This document shows, piece by piece, positions 1 to 12,842 of a DNA stretch of 64,000 bases. The stretch's first letter is position 1; each line of letters begins with the position of its first letter. Source of the stretch: an uncultured Gemmatimonadales bacterium (GTDB lineage: Bacteria; Gemmatimonadota; Gemmatimonadetes; Gemmatimonadales; GWC2-71-9); contig CAWJIM010000002.1 in NCBI GenBank assembly GCA_963842945.1, positions 32,001-96,000 of the forward strand, read 5' to 3'. Position numbers and translations under genes: made by a program. The notes beneath the pieces were generated by a model. It had not been told where the DNA came from and made no database searches. It was given only the letters and a program-made list of their open reading frames with translations.

Positions 1-166
1 GTGCTACGGCTTCGGCGTGGCGATCTCCGAATTCAGGGTGCCATCCTTCTCCAACCAGCTCGCCATCCTGCAGGACCACCGCGCCTACCAGCGGATTCGG
101 CTGGACTCGCCCCCAACCTCGCCAGGCGAGGTCGAGGGCGCGGCCCATGGCCTCCCGCTCGTTCAT
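1..166 (-). CDS. ribD: Riboflavin biosynthesis deaminase/reductase RibD, N-terminus (runs off the left edge)
   Basis: Manual translation from ATG at 166: MNEREAMGRALDLAWRGWGRVQPNPLVGAVVLQDGELVGEGWHPEFGDRHAEAVA, with the PNPxVGAV and HAE deaminase motifs. Confidence 0.93.
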   Translation of the reverse strand, partial: MNEREAMGRALDLAWRGWGRVQPNPLVGAVVLQDGELVGEGWHPEFGDRHAEAVA

Positions 167-173
167 GCCGTCG

Positions 174-1131
174 CTAGAAGCTCACTCGCAGGCCCAAGCC
201 GGCGAAGAACTTTCCCTTGGGTGGTATCGAAGTTCTCGAAATCGGTCGAGAGGTTCTGGTCCTTGCCACCTTGATACCCCACCTCTCCCGTCAAGCGAAC
301 CATCGACAGGCTCAGCCCGGCGTTCACGAACCCGAGTACCCGTGAGTTATTCAAATCTACCGGGACGTTGGGCTGGAGGGTCGAGGTGATCGGATCGCGG
401 AACTGGATGATGGCGTTGCCGGTGTATTTGTCCCAGCCCAGGCCCCCGGCGAGGTCCAGCACGGCCACCTGTTTGCTCGCGATGAGGCGCAGGTTCGTGG
501 CATGCAGGTTCATCGAGTAGCCGTAGGTGTCGCCGCCTGCCACATCGCCGTAGATGACAGTCGGAACGTCTCGACGCATGGCGCTGAGCGAGATGTGCGG
601 CAGCGGACCCGTCCCCCGCATGAGACCGATCCTGGCGCCGTAGCCCAGACCAATGGCAATGCTTCCGACCCGTCGAGCATCGGCGTCGACGCTGAAGTTG
701 TTCATCTGATCCGTTGGCAGCAGCAGCGCGGAGCCCAGGAGGTCCACGGCGAAGAGCCCGCCGCTCATCCCCTTAAAGATCCCCAGAGCGCCTTCGACCA
801 GCGGCGCGGGTACCAGCACCTCGTCACCGGCGGGCACCGTGGAGCTGCTGCCGGTATAGCCGAGGTCGGGCAAGACCACATTGCTGGCGTTGGCCCGAAG
901 CGTGAGCGAGGCATGGCCGACTCCGCCCAGCGTGGCGGCCGAGCCGATCGTAGGATTGCCCCCGCTGACCAGCATGCCAAGAATCGGATGAAAGGCTCGA
1001 GTGCCATCGACTGCAGCGGCGCATACCCGCTCGGAGTTGCCCGAGTAGGCTGAGCATTCCGGGGTCTGGGCCAGGAGAGGTGAGGCGAGAGCGACGGCAG
1101 ACAACCCGGCGACAAGGTATGGCGCGCGCAT
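174..1131 (-). CDS. Secreted/outer-membrane beta-barrel-like hypothetical protein (frameshift near the C-terminus, ~220)
   Basis: Signal peptide MRAPYLVAGLSAVALASPLLAQ and amphipathic strands. Removing one C near 220 gives the end TTKGKFFAGLGLRVSF* (TAG 174-176), a BAM-type terminal Phe. Confidence 0.65.
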
Positions 1132-1142
1132 CGTATTCTCCG

Positions 1143-2180
1143 TTACGGACGGGCGAAACGCACGGCCCTTCTGCCTCGCTGGATCTCGCCCATCACCCAT
1201 GTGGTGACCCCGTCTCGCGCTGCGGCAGCCTGTGCCGCCGCAACCGCGGCCGGGGGCAGGACGGCGACGAGCCCCACCCCGAGGTTGAATACGTCACGCA
1301 TTTCCTCAGTGGAGATCTGCCCCGCCTGCTGCAGATACTGGAACAGCGGCGGCATCTCCCATGTAGCCGGATCTACCGTCGCGGTGCAGTCCTGAGGCAA
1401 TATCCGCACCAGATTTCCGCCTATTCCTCCTCCAGTGATGTGGGCGAGCCCATGAACTTGGTCGAGTACCGGGCTGGCGCTCCGGTAATAGCTGCGGTGC
1501 ACCGCCAGGAGGGCGTCCACCACGCTTTGGCCGGTTCCCTCCAGCGGATCGTCCAGGCTCAAGCCGGCGCGCTCGAACAGGATCTGCCGAGCCAGGGTAT
1601 AGCCGTTGGTGTGCAGTCCAGTGGAGGCGTATCCGAGAAGTAGATCGCCGGGGACAATGGCGCTCCCGTGAATCGCTCGATCCTCCTCCACTACGCCGAC
1701 GATGGTGCCGGCCAGATCGAAGGTTCCCGGCTGATAGAGTCCCGGCATCTGCGCGGTCTCGCCGCCGGCCAGGGCCATGTCGTGGGCGCGGCAGGCCCGG
1801 GCGATTCCTTCGACGATGCGGGCTATCTGCTCGACGCCAAGGGCGGCGCCGGCGATGTAGTCCATGAAGGCCAGCGGCTGGGCGCCGTGGACCAGGATGT
1901 CGTTGACGCTGTGGTTGACCAGATCCTCGCCGACTGTATCGAAGCGTTCCGCCTGCATCGCCACGAGCACCTTGGTGCCCACACCATCGGTGCTCAGCAC
2001 GAGGGTGGGCTGCTTCATACCGGGAGGCACTCGGATCATTCCGCCAAAGGCACCCACCAGCCCGAGTGAGTGCCGAGTCCGGGTGCTCGCTACCAGCTCG
2101 CCGATTCGCGCCTTGGCGACATCGGCCGCTGCGAGGTCAACCCCGGCGCGGGCATACTCGCTGGTCTTCCCAGCCTTCAC
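1143..2180 (-). CDS. purM: Phosphoribosylformylglycinamidine cyclo-ligase
   Basis: YARAGVD, TDGVGTK, GGETAQMPG, GLHTNGY and HITGGG motifs. Confidence 0.97.
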   Translation of the reverse strand: MKAGKTSEYARAGVDLAAADVAKARIGELVASTRTRHSLGLVGAFGGMIRVPPGMKQPTLVLSTDGVGTKVLVAMQAERFDTVGEDLVNHSVNDILVHGAQPLAFMDYIAGAALGVEQIARIVEGIARACRAHDMALAGGETAQMPGLYQPGTFDLAGTIVGVVEEDRAIHGSAIVPGDLLLGYASTGLHTNGYTLARQILFERAGLSLDDPLEGTGQSVVDALLAVHRSYYRSASPVLDQVHGLAHITGGGIGGNLVRILPQDCTATVDPATWEMPPLFQYLQQAGQISTEEMRDVFNLGVGLVAVLPPAAVAAAQAAAARDGVTTWVMGEIQRGRRAVRFARP

Positions 2181-3097
2181 GTAAGCGCCTCGGCCAGGCT
2201 GACGTGGGTCAGATCCTGGAAGGCGCGCACTCGCTGCTCCACGTCTGCCAGGGTGATTCGGTCGAAGCCGCGAATCCCGAACTGCTCCACGGCGTACGAG
2301 CCCATGGCGGCACCGTATACCATCGCCCGTCGAACGTTGTCCTCGGCTACCGATCTGGTGCGTGCGAGGTAGGCCATGAAGCCACCCGCGAAGGCGTCAC
2401 CGGCTCCGGTAGGATCGAAGACATTCTCCAGCGGATACGCCGGGACATAGAAGGTCCGCCGGGGCTCGATCAGAAGCGCGCCATGCTCGCCCTGCTTGAT
2501 GACCACTCGCTTGGGCCCATGGCGGAGGATCCAGCGCCCGGCTCGGTGGATGTTCCAGTCACCACTCAGCTCACGCGCCTCGCTGTCGTTCACCATCAGG
2601 ACATCCACCCGGGAAAGAAGCTGGAGCAGCGACGCCTTTTTCCCCTGGATCCAGTAGTTCATGGTGTCGCACACTACCAGCTCGGGGCGGGACACCTGCT
2701 CCAATACGCCGAGCTGGAGATCGGGATCGATGTTCCCGAGGAAGACGAACTTGGCCGATCGAAAGGCGGGCGGCAGCCGCGGCTGGAAGTCGGCGAACAC
2801 CCCCAGCCGTGTTTCCAGCGTTTCCCGACTCTGCAGGTCGTAAGAGTATTTCCCTTTCCAGCGGAAGCTTTCGCCGTCCGCCTCTTCCACGCCTCCCCAA
2901 TCGATGCCCCGGGCGGCCAGGCTCTCGAGCTCGTTGCGGGGGTAGTCCTTTCCGATCACCCCAACGACCTGGACCGGGTGGAGGATCGATCCCGCAACGC
3001 TGAAGTAGACCGCGGATCCGCCCAGGGCGTCAGCGGTTTCACCGAACGGGGTGAAGATCGAGTCCAGGGCGATGCTGCCTACGACCAGCAGGGTCAT
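2177..3097 (-). CDS. PfkB-family carbohydrate/nucleoside kinase
   Basis: VVGSIALD, LGGSAVY and DPTGAGDAFAGG signatures. Confidence 0.92.
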   Translation of the reverse strand: MTLLVVGSIALDSIFTPFGETADALGGSAVYFSVAGSILHPVQVVGVIGKDYPRNELESLAARGIDWGGVEEADGESFRWKGKYSYDLQSRETLETRLGVFADFQPRLPPAFRSAKFVFLGNIDPDLQLGVLEQVSRPELVVCDTMNYWIQGKKASLLQLLSRVDVLMVNDSEARELSGDWNIHRAGRWILRHGPKRVVIKQGEHGALLIEPRRTFYVPAYPLENVFDPTGAGDAFAGGFMAYLARTRSVAEDNVRRAMVYGAAMGSYAVEQFGIRGFDRITLADVEQRVRAFQDLTHVSLAEALT

Positions 3098-3101
3098 GGT
3101 G

Positions 3102-4740
3102 TCACATCCTGTCGGGGGCGGAGATGCCTAGCAGGGCAAGACCGTTGGCCAGCACGATCCGGCCGGCTCGGCTGAGAAGAAGCCGGGCCCGTTCGACATC
3201 GGGCGGCTCGCCCAGGGTGCGGGTGCGGTGATACCAACCGTGCACCACGGTCGCCAGCTCGTGAAGGTAGACCGTGATTCGGTGCGGCTCACGCTCGTGC
3301 GCCGCCTTCTCCACCGCTTCGGGAAACTGAACCAGCTTCTTGAGCAGCTCAACGTCTTCCGGATCGGGCAATGCGCGCATATCGAGATTGCCCTCCACGG
3401 TGTCCGGATCGCGCTGCGCGGTCCGGAAGATCCCACTGAGCCGCGCGTGGGCCATCTGCACGTAGAAGATGGGATTCTCGTCGGTCTGCTTCTTGGCCAG
3501 GTCAACATCGAAGTCGAGCGGACTCGCCCCCTTGCGGGCCAGAAAGAAGTAGCGCGCGGCATCGACCCCGACCTCCTCATAGAGATCCCGGAGGGTGACG
3601 AATTCCCCCGAGCGCTTGGACATCTTGACCTCTTCTCCGCCGCGCACCACGCGCACCAGCTGCACCAGCTCGACATCGAAGAATTCGGGAGGGTAACCGA
3701 GTGCGGCAAGCGCAGCCCGCATACGGGGGATGTATCCGTGGTGGTCGGCGCCCCAGACATCGATCGCGCGATCGAAGCCCCGGTCGTGCTTATCGATGTG
3801 ATACGCGATGTCGGGGGTGAGGTAGGTAAGCGTCCCATCGCTCTTGCGAAGAACCCGGTCCTTGTCGTCCCCGAAGTCCGTGGTGCGCAGCCAGAGCGCA
3901 CCCTCGGACTCATAGGTCAGTCCCCTCTGATGAAGCAGCTGGATCGCCCGCTCGACGCTCCCGCTGTCGTAGGCCCTCTGCTCCGAGCTGACGACATCGA
4001 ATGTGACGCCGAACTGCTCCAGATCGCGGTCCTGCTCGTCCCGCTGGATGCGCATGACCAGGGAGCGGCAACGCCGAAGCGCTTCCTCCTCCGGTAGATC
4101 GGCAAAGGCTCGGCCCTCACGCTCCAGCACCGCGAGTGCATTCTCCTTGAGGTACTCCCCATGGTAGCCGCCCTCGGGAACGTCGGCCCGATAGCCCGCC
4201 TCCTGCCGGATGCGCGCCCACAGACTTTGCGCCGCCTTGTCGATCTGGACGCCGGCATCGTTGACGTAAAACTCCCGGGTGACGGCGTGCCCAGTCCATT
4301 CGAGAAGCGAGGCGATCGCATCACCCAACGCCGCGCCGCGTCCGTGTCCGACGTGGAGCGGCCCGGTTGGGTTGGCGGAGACAAACTCCACGTTGACCTT
4401 GAGTCCGGCCCCAGAGGTTGCGCGACCGTACCTTGCTCCAGCGTTGAGAATCTGCTGGTGAGCATTCGCCAGCTGATCTTCGGCCAGCCAGAAGTTGATG
4501 AACCCCGGACCGGCGATCTCGGTCTTTGCGATGAGAGTGGGAGGGAGCTTCAACTCCTGGAGGACGCGCTCGGCCGTTTTCCGAGGATTGGCCCGCTCGC
4601 GACGAGCCAGCAACATGGCGATGTTGGTGGCCAGGTCTCCATGCCCGGCATCCCGCGGGCGTTCCAGAACAAAGTCCAGACCATCGGCGCCGAACTGCGC
4701 GGCCACCCGCGACAGCTCGGCCCGCAAGCGTGTCGCTCAC
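3102..4740 (-). CDS. argS: Arginine--tRNA ligase (probable GTG start at 4740 with a 1-nt error near 4727)
   Basis: VEFVSANPTGPLHVGHGRGA (HIGH), KMSKRSG and YVQMAHAR motifs. Confidence 0.97.
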
Positions 4741-5078
4741 TCGGAAGCGGCCTTCCCTTTAGTTTGGCGGGAGCTGGACTTGCCGGGAGCTGCCTCGGGC
4801 TTGCCAGCTTTTGTCTCGGACTTCTCCGGCTTGGACGCGGGAGATTTTGCCTCGGGGGCAGGCGCCGATTCGGTCTCCGGCTTTCGAGGACCTTTCCCGT
4901 CCTTGCCGTAGTCGGTGATGTAGAAACCACTGCCCTTGAATACCAGACCGGCCCCACCGGAAATCTTTCTGGTGGCCGTTTTGCCGCAGACCGGACACTT
5001 GGCTCGGCGCTTGTCGGTCATTTTCTGGAACTTGTCGAACAGGTGCCCTTCCGGGCACTGGTACTCATACGTGGGCAT
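4737..5078 (-). CDS. FmdB-family zinc-ribbon protein with a Lys/Pro/Ala-rich tail
   Basis: MPTYEYQC..H..CPVCG and FKGSGFYITDY. Confidence 0.9.
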   Translation of the reverse strand: MPTYEYQCPEGHLFDKFQKMTDKRRAKCPVCGKTATRKISGGAGLVFKGSGFYITDYGKDGKGPRKPETESAPAPEAKSPASKPEKSETKAGKPEAAPGKSSSRQTKGKAASE

Positions 5079-5243
5079 GGCGGCTCGTGAGGTAAATGAA
5101 ACCAGCCACTAAAGTTATCGCCTCATACCTGACGGTTCAACCTGGTGCTTGGTCGACTTCACCACAAAGCCACGAAGAGCACCAAGGAATGAATTGGAGC
5201 GAGCCTTTCCACACAATTCTCTGCAGAGGGCAGGTTCGTAGAC

Positions 5244-6775
<1,532 letters not shown>

Positions 6776-6779
<4 letters not shown>

Positions 6780-7816
6780 AAGGCTGGCTGAGAAACCGGG
6801 CCGCTGGCGCGCGCGGCGGTCCGGCGCAGGGTGTCGGCCACGTAGCCCACGTCTTCGCGCGAGCCGATCACCAGAGGCGTGCGTTGGTGCAGGCTGTCCG
6901 GCACGATATCCAGAATCCGGTGGACTCCATCCGTCGCGGAGCCTTCTGCCTGTTCGGCGATGAACGCCATAGGACTGGCCTCATACAGCAGACGCAGCTT
7001 CCCCTTCACGTTCTTGCTGTCGGCCGGGTACAGGAAAATCCCTCCGCTGATGAGGTTGCGATGGAAATCGCCGACCAGAGACCCGATGTAGCGGCTGTTC
7101 TTGGAGGTCACTCCGTCACCCAGATCGCCCTTGAGGCCCCTCACCGCCGTCTGCATCCCCTTGTCCCAACGATGGAAGTTGCTCTCGTTGACACTGTAAT
7201 ACCGGCCAACCCTGGGCGTGATGATCCTGGGGTGAGACAGCAGAAACTCCCCGATGGTGGGATCGAGGGTGAATCCATGCGCGCCCTGACCCGTGGTGTA
7301 TACCAGCATAGTGCTGGAGCCATACATCACGTACCCCGCTGCTACCTGCTTGCAGCCGGGCTGCAGTACGTCGTCCGCGGTACCGCGTCCATGCATGCTG
7401 ACCCGGCGATAAATACTGAAGATGGTGCCCACGGCTGAATTGACGTCGATGTTCGAGGAGCCGTCGAGCGGGTCGAAGAGAACGGCGTACTTTCCAGCTG
7501 CGTATTCCGGCGGCACGGGGATGATGTCGTCGTCCTCCTCGGATCCCATGGCACAGACCCGGCCGGTGTGCTTCAGGCAGTTCTTGATGGTCTCGTTGGC
7601 GAAAACATCCAGCTTCTGCTGTTCCTCGCCCTGCACGTTCTGATTTCCGGCCGCGCCCAGAATATTCACCAGCCCGGCCCGGCGAATGGCCGCGGCGATG
7701 ATCTTGCTGGCAAGTGCGATATCGTAGAGCAAATTGGAAAGCTCTCCGGTTGCCTCCGGGTACCGGTCCTCCTGGTCCAGAATGAACCGCTCGATCGTGG
7801 TGACTGAGGTCTGCAA
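6776..7816 (-). CDS. fbp: Class 1 fructose-1,6-bisphosphatase
   Basis: [28 protein letters not shown] and GKLRLLYEA. Confidence 0.96.
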
Positions 7817-7834
7817 GTACCCTCCTCGGCTGTG

Positions 7835-10090
7835 TTACTGAACGTCGTATGTCGACGCGCCGGCTACGGGACTGGACGACCATCTCCCGTCCATCGGTCG
7901 TAACGCTGACCGACCCGTCCTGATCGGTACGCCAGACGGCGATGCCATGACGCCGCAGCCGGCCCAAGCGTGGCCGGCGAAGGATGACCGTAGTTGTTCC
8001 TACCCACCGAGATCACAGCGGTCCGCGGGCGCAATGAATCCAGCCACTCGTCTCCGGTGCTGCCCCGGCTTCCGTGGTGACCCACCTTCAGCAGGTCTAC
8101 CCGCCGAGCACGGCTTCGCATCTCGAGCTCAGCCGGAAATCCGGCGTCGCCGGCAAAGAGGGCCTGAAAGCCGCCATACTCTACCAGCAGCACCAACGAA
8201 TCTTCATTCAAATCCTCGCCCCAATGCGGCCAGCGTTTATCGGGATGGAGGATACTGAAGCTCACGCTGTCGAGCGTGAAGCGCTCTCCGCGGGCGCCAA
8301 CGTGCCAGGGAATTGCCTCACTCGCGAGCTGGTTGAGGAAGGCGTAATACAAAGGGTCCGCCACTGGCTCGCCAGGCTCGACCACAACCCCGGTCCGATA
8401 CCGCTCCAGGACACTGATCACACCTCCCAAATGGTCGGCGTGGGCATGGGAGACGAACACCAGCGACAGGTCACCGACGCCATGGCGAGCAAGGAACGGA
8501 ACCATCACCCGCCGACCAGCATCGCTCTGGTCCGTCTTTGGTCCAGCGTCAATCAGCACCCAATGACCGGCCGGCGTCCGGAGCAGCGCACCATCGCCCT
8601 GTCCAACGTCAAGAAAATGTAACGCGAGTTTGGAACCCGTGTCAGCCGAGCCCGGAGCGAGGCTCGTTAACAGCGTCAGCCAGAGTGCCGCCACGCCGGA
8701 CCAGCTCCAGCGGCGCATTGCCTCGGCCAGGGTATTGCGGCGACGGGTGGCCCAGAGGGTAAGCATCAGCGCAACAACCCAGGGAGCGGCAGACCGCAGC
8801 TCGGCTACTTCAACGATGTGGCCGCCGGGGACTGTTGCCCCGGCGCGCGCCAGAAGCTCGAGCCCGTGCAGCCCCAGGCCTGCGCCTCCCGCCAGCGCCC
8901 CGGCCAGGCCCGGCCATAGGGGGAAGATCAACAGGCTGGCAAACACGCCGGGGATCGTCAGGGCGGCGAGTGGAATGGCAATGAAGTTCAGGATGATCCC
9001 GATGAGGGCGACGGTACCCAGGGCGGCTGCGGTCAGGGGAGCCGTGGCAACCGTGGCGCCGATGGAGGAGCCAAGCGTCCGCCACCATGCACTGGTCCCC
9101 AAGGCCTGGTCGGTCCAACGGGTGAACGTCGAGGCGCCCCAGAGGGCCGCGACCGAAAGCCAGCCGCCGAGATCCAGTATGGACCAGGGATCGACCAGCA
9201 GGACGCAGAGGCAGGTGGCGGAGAGAAGCGCATTGGGCTCCACTCGCCGCTGTCGGACGCGGCTCAGCGCCAGAAGTACCGCGAGCGCGGCCGCCCGAGT
9301 GGCTGGAGCGGGCCAGCCGAGAAAGGCCACGTAGCCCAGGCTGATGGTTGCCGCCAGGGCGAGTGCCCGCCCCCGGTTCAAGCGCACCATCGTGGCCAGG
9401 AGGAAGACCCAGCCGGTAATGACGCCCACATGGAACCCGGAGATGGACAGGAGGTGCACCAGGCCCGATTGGGCGAAGCGATCCTGCAGCTCGCGGTCGA
9501 TGCCGCCGCGCCGGCCTACCACGAGGGCGTCCACCAGGGCGGCGCGGGAGCCATAAAGGGTGCGGCGTGGCGCGGCTGATCGAATTCCGGATAGACCACT
9601 CCGCGGTACCCGACGCGCCTGATGGCGACGCCGTGGCAATCACGAGAGTGCCGCTGGGGCGCGAAGCTGGGCCGGGTCGCGGTATCCACCTAGCCCTGAC
9701 CCGCACCCTGGCTCCGGCTGAGAACGGGCGCCCAGAGGGCCAGCGCGCAGCAACGGATTCACGACAGCCGGCATCTATCGGCTGCACCTCCACCCGCCCT
9801 CCGGAGCCGTCGGCCGGCTCGAGCAACCGAACGGTCAGGCTGAGCTCTCCCGGGGAAAGTCGGGCCGCGCAAGCGCTGCTTTCCCGTACCCAGGCGACTC
9901 GGCTGCTCAGGCTACCCAGCAGAAAGGCGAACCCGAGTGTGGTGGTCAGCGCACGTCGGGCACCCAGAATGAGCGCCATAGCGAGGACGATTGCGCAGTA
10001 CGGGTTCAGAAAACGCGCGAGGCCGATCATGAGACCGGCCCCGTAAGCGATTGTCAGGAGGACTGGTGCCCGCGGTTTTACCCGCGGCAC
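7835..10090 (-). CDS. comEC: DNA internalization competence protein ComEC/Rec2 (frameshifts ~9570 and ~7970)
   Basis: Competence domain GLVHLLSISGFHV; beta-lactamase-like domain DVGQGD, HAHADH, KVGHHGS, NNYGHP; C-terminal RTDQDG in the next frame. Confidence 0.92.
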
Positions 10091-10094
10091 GGAA

Positions 10095-10382
10095 CTACCC
10101 GGAGGAGACCCGTCCTTGGTTCCCGCAGCGAGGCGCGACCGAAATTTTCCGCAGGCCTTCCATGACCACCACCTCGATGGCGGCCCGGCTCTGCTCCTTC
10201 TCCAGGGCCACCTCGGTGACTACGGAGCCTTCGAGGCGTGACACGTACCTGGGCGGAATGCGGTTGAGCGCGAAGGTGAGCACATCCTCCCGGCAGAGAT
10301 CGCACCCGCAGAACGCGGGAAAATGAGGCCGCAGGGTCTGGTACGCTGCGGTAACGTGATCTTCCACCAGATTCTTGATCAC
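10095..10382 (-). CDS. ComFB-family (late competence development / c-di-NMP receptor family) protein
   Basis: NLVE..V, CGCDLCREDVLTFALNRIPPRYV and a C-terminal APRC pattern. Confidence 0.85.
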   Translation of the reverse strand: MIKNLVEDHVTAAYQTLRPHFPAFCGCDLCREDVLTFALNRIPPRYVSRLEGSVVTEVALEKEQSRAAIEVVVMEGLRKISVAPRCGNQGRVSSG

Positions 10383-11689
10383 AACACCGCCAATGCCGGC
10401 GCGACCACTGAGCCGGTGAAGGTCGATCCGGTGGTCCCAGTAAGGCGCACCTGGTGGTAGGACCCGAGGGCACTGCCGGGCAGATCGAGGAGAACCAGTT
10501 GGTTGGCCCGGGTTCGGGCCAACAAAAGATTGCCGCGCTTGGCGGGTCGCTCCACAAGAGCCTCATGGACGCTACCGAGCCGCGCAATGTTCTTCTGCCG
10601 CACCCTGGCCCGTACCAGATCGACCAGCCGGTCCAGCCGCTCTGACGCGACCTCGTCAGGAACGTGATCGCGAAGCCGAACCGCTGGGGTTCCTTCCCGC
10701 ACCGAGTACTTGAAGGTGTACGCGTCGTCGAAATCGGCTGCACCCACGAGGCTCAGGGTCTGTTCGAAATCGGATTCGGTTTCCCCCGGAAATCCGACGA
10801 TGATATCGGTCGAGAATGTGATCTGGGGAATGGCCCGGCGAAGCTCGTTAACCACTTCCAGATATCGCTCCCGGGTGTAGCGACGAAGCATTCGCCTGAG
10901 TACCGCATTCGAGCCGCTCTGGACCGGCAGGTGCACGTGCTCACACACCGCTGGCGTTGTGGCCATTGCGTCGATGACCCGCGGTGTGAAGTCCGTGGGA
11001 TAGGGACTGGTAAACCGCAGGCGGCGTAACCCGGTGATGGTGCCGGCAGCACGGAGCAGATCGGCGAAATCGTGCTCACCATCGTGATAGCTGTTGACCG
11101 TTTGGCCGAGAAGAGTGATCTCGCTGGTGCCCTGCTCCACCAGGTCCGCAATTTCGCGGATGACGTCGGCCAGGCGCCGGCTTCGTTCGGGCCCCCGGGT
11201 GTAGGGGACAATACAGAAAGTGCACCGGTAGTCGCAGCCCCGTTGTACCGTGACGAAGGCGGTGGGTGCCTTTTCCCGCGCAGCGGGCACGTCCTCGTAG
11301 TGTTCCCAGGAACGAAATTCGGTGTCAGAGGACCGGTGACCCTGCCGCGCCTGGCTGAGCAACTCGGGAAGATTGCGATAGGCATCGGGACCAACCACGA
11401 GGTCCACCCGGGGGACCTTGGCCAGCAGCGCGGGGCCCAGTCGCTGGGCCATGCAGCCCACCACGCCGAGCACGCTCCCTTCGCGCTTGTAGCGCTGCAG
11501 CTCGCCCATCCGTCCGATGACCCGCTGCTCGGCGTTGTCTCGCACCGCGCAGGTGTTCACCAGCATCACGTCGGCCTCTGCCGGGCTGTCGGTGCTGACG
11601 TACCCGTCACGGCGCAGCACTCCGAGCATCAGCTCGGAATCGGCCACGTTCATCTGACAGCCGTAGGTCTCGATGTACACCCGTTTCAT
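10379..11689 (-). CDS. miaB: tRNA-2-methylthio-N6-dimethylallyladenosine synthase
   Basis: IETYGCQMN, NTCAVR, radical-SAM CDYRCTFC and a TRAM domain. The true start is ATG 11689; the ORF track over-extends it. Confidence 0.96.
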   Translation of the reverse strand: MKRVYIETYGCQMNVADSELMLGVLRRDGYVSTDSPAEADVMLVNTCAVRDNAEQRVIGRMGELQRYKREGSVLGVVGCMAQRLGPALLAKVPRVDLVVGPDAYRNLPELLSQARQGHRSSDTEFRSWEHYEDVPAAREKAPTAFVTVQRGCDYRCTFCIVPYTRGPERSRRLADVIREIADLVEQGTSEITLLGQTVNSYHDGEHDFADLLRAAGTITGLRRLRFTSPYPTDFTPRVIDAMATTPAVCEHVHLPVQSGSNAVLRRMLRRYTRERYLEVVNELRRAIPQITFSTDIIVGFPGETESDFEQTLSLVGAADFDDAYTFKYSVREGTPAVRLRDHVPDEVASERLDRLVDLVRARVRQKNIARLGSVHEALVERPAKRGNLLLARTRANQLVLLDLPGSALGSYHQVRLTGTTGSTFTGSVVAPALAVL

Positions 11690-11696
11690 GCTGGAA

Positions 11697-11705
11697 AGTA
11701 TAGCA
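11697..11705 (-). promoter_or_regulatory. Extended -10 promoter (TGnTATACT) 7 nt upstream of the miaB ATG, probably a leaderless transcript
   Basis: Minus strand reads TG C TATACT TTCCAGC ATG with no Shine-Dalgarno. Confidence 0.6.
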
Positions 11706-12842
11706 CTATGGCCGGACAGAGATTCCCAGCGTGAAGATGAAGCCGTGCTCAGAGTGCACCCCCTCCGACCTCCAGACGTGTTCCACTCCCAGATCCACTC
11801 CAGCGCGTTGCTGGGCAAACCGCATTCCGCTTCCCACCGAAACTCCATACTCGTGGGCCTCGGTCCCGGGCTCCAGCGGAAAGGGCAGCCGCCCGTAACG
11901 ACCACCGAAACGAAGGGGTCGGCTATAGGGGCGCTGCGGATCAATGGTAAACTCCCCCCCAAGAGCAACCTCGAAAGTGTTATTCGCACCGACTCCGCCT
12001 TGGGCGACCAGATCACTGTTCGCGCCAGACCAGGTGCGAACAATGGCCTGGGTGGCCAAGCCGAATTTTGGCGCCGGCTGCCATCGTAACCCCAGGCCGA
12101 AGGTGTAAGGCAGGTCCACCGTAGCTACGCGGGTAGAATCCCGATCTACGTTGACGTGTCCGTCGGAGCGAACCAGCGCCGCGATGGCAAACCGAGGTCC
12201 CATCTGCCGAATCGCCCCGCCACTGACTCCGAACCCGGCAAAGGAGAGTTCCGCCCGCTGGACACTCGATAGATAAGTCGAATCGTTGAACGCCCGGCGG
12301 GATTCCACCCGATTGGAACCCGTGATCACATGAAAGCCGGCACCCAGGAGCCATCGGTCGTGGATTCGGTAGGCGCCGGCCGCACGCAGATCGCTCAGAC
12401 CGCCCCGGGAAGAGAATGAATCCGTCACTCCGACCGGGCCGCCCCGGAGATCGAGCGTGCCCGAGCTGATGATGGTGAAATCGCGATCGGTGTAGCCGGA
12501 GAAGCTGAACCCCAGCGCACTCCCGGTTTGCCGCACCGGACCCAGGATCATCAGCAGCGGAAACCGGGTGTCTCGCGTCGACGCGGTCCCGGCTGGATTC
12601 TCCACGGTGCGGTACGCCCCGCTCGCCGTGAAGATGCTGGTCAGGGCCGTTGCTCCAGCGAGTGCTGCCGGATTCAAGGCCGACTCCGAATCGAACAGCC
12701 CAAAAGCCCCGCCTGTAGCGATTACACGGGCGTTCAATCCTCGTCCGGGAAATCCGAGGCCTCGAACTCCGAACTGGGAAGATTGGCCCCACGCCAGGGC
12801 TGGTATGGTGGCCAATAACCCGAGCAGCCAGGCGGCCCGCAT
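11706..12842 (-). CDS. Outer-membrane beta-barrel protein, FadL/PorV-like
   Basis: Signal peptide, GRGLNARVIATGGA and ALNPAALAG N-terminal pattern, amphipathic strands. Confidence 0.6.
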   Translation of the reverse strand: MRAAWLLGLLATIPALAWGQSSQFGVRGLGFPGRGLNARVIATGGAFGLFDSESALNPAALAGATALTSIFTASGAYRTVENPAGTASTRDTRFPLLMILGPVRQTGSALGFSFSGYTDRDFTIISSGTLDLRGGPVGVTDSFSSRGGLSDLRAAGAYRIHDRWLLGAGFHVITGSNRVESRRAFNDSTYLSSVQRAELSFAGFGVSGGAIRQMGPRFAIAALVRSDGHVNVDRDSTRVATVDLPYTFGLGLRWQPAPKFGLATQAIVRTWSGANSDLVAQGGVGANNTFEVALGGEFTIDPQRPYSRPLRFGGRYGRLPFPLEPGTEAHEYGVSVGSGMRFAQQRAGVDLGVEHVWRSEGVHSEHGFIFTLGISVRP

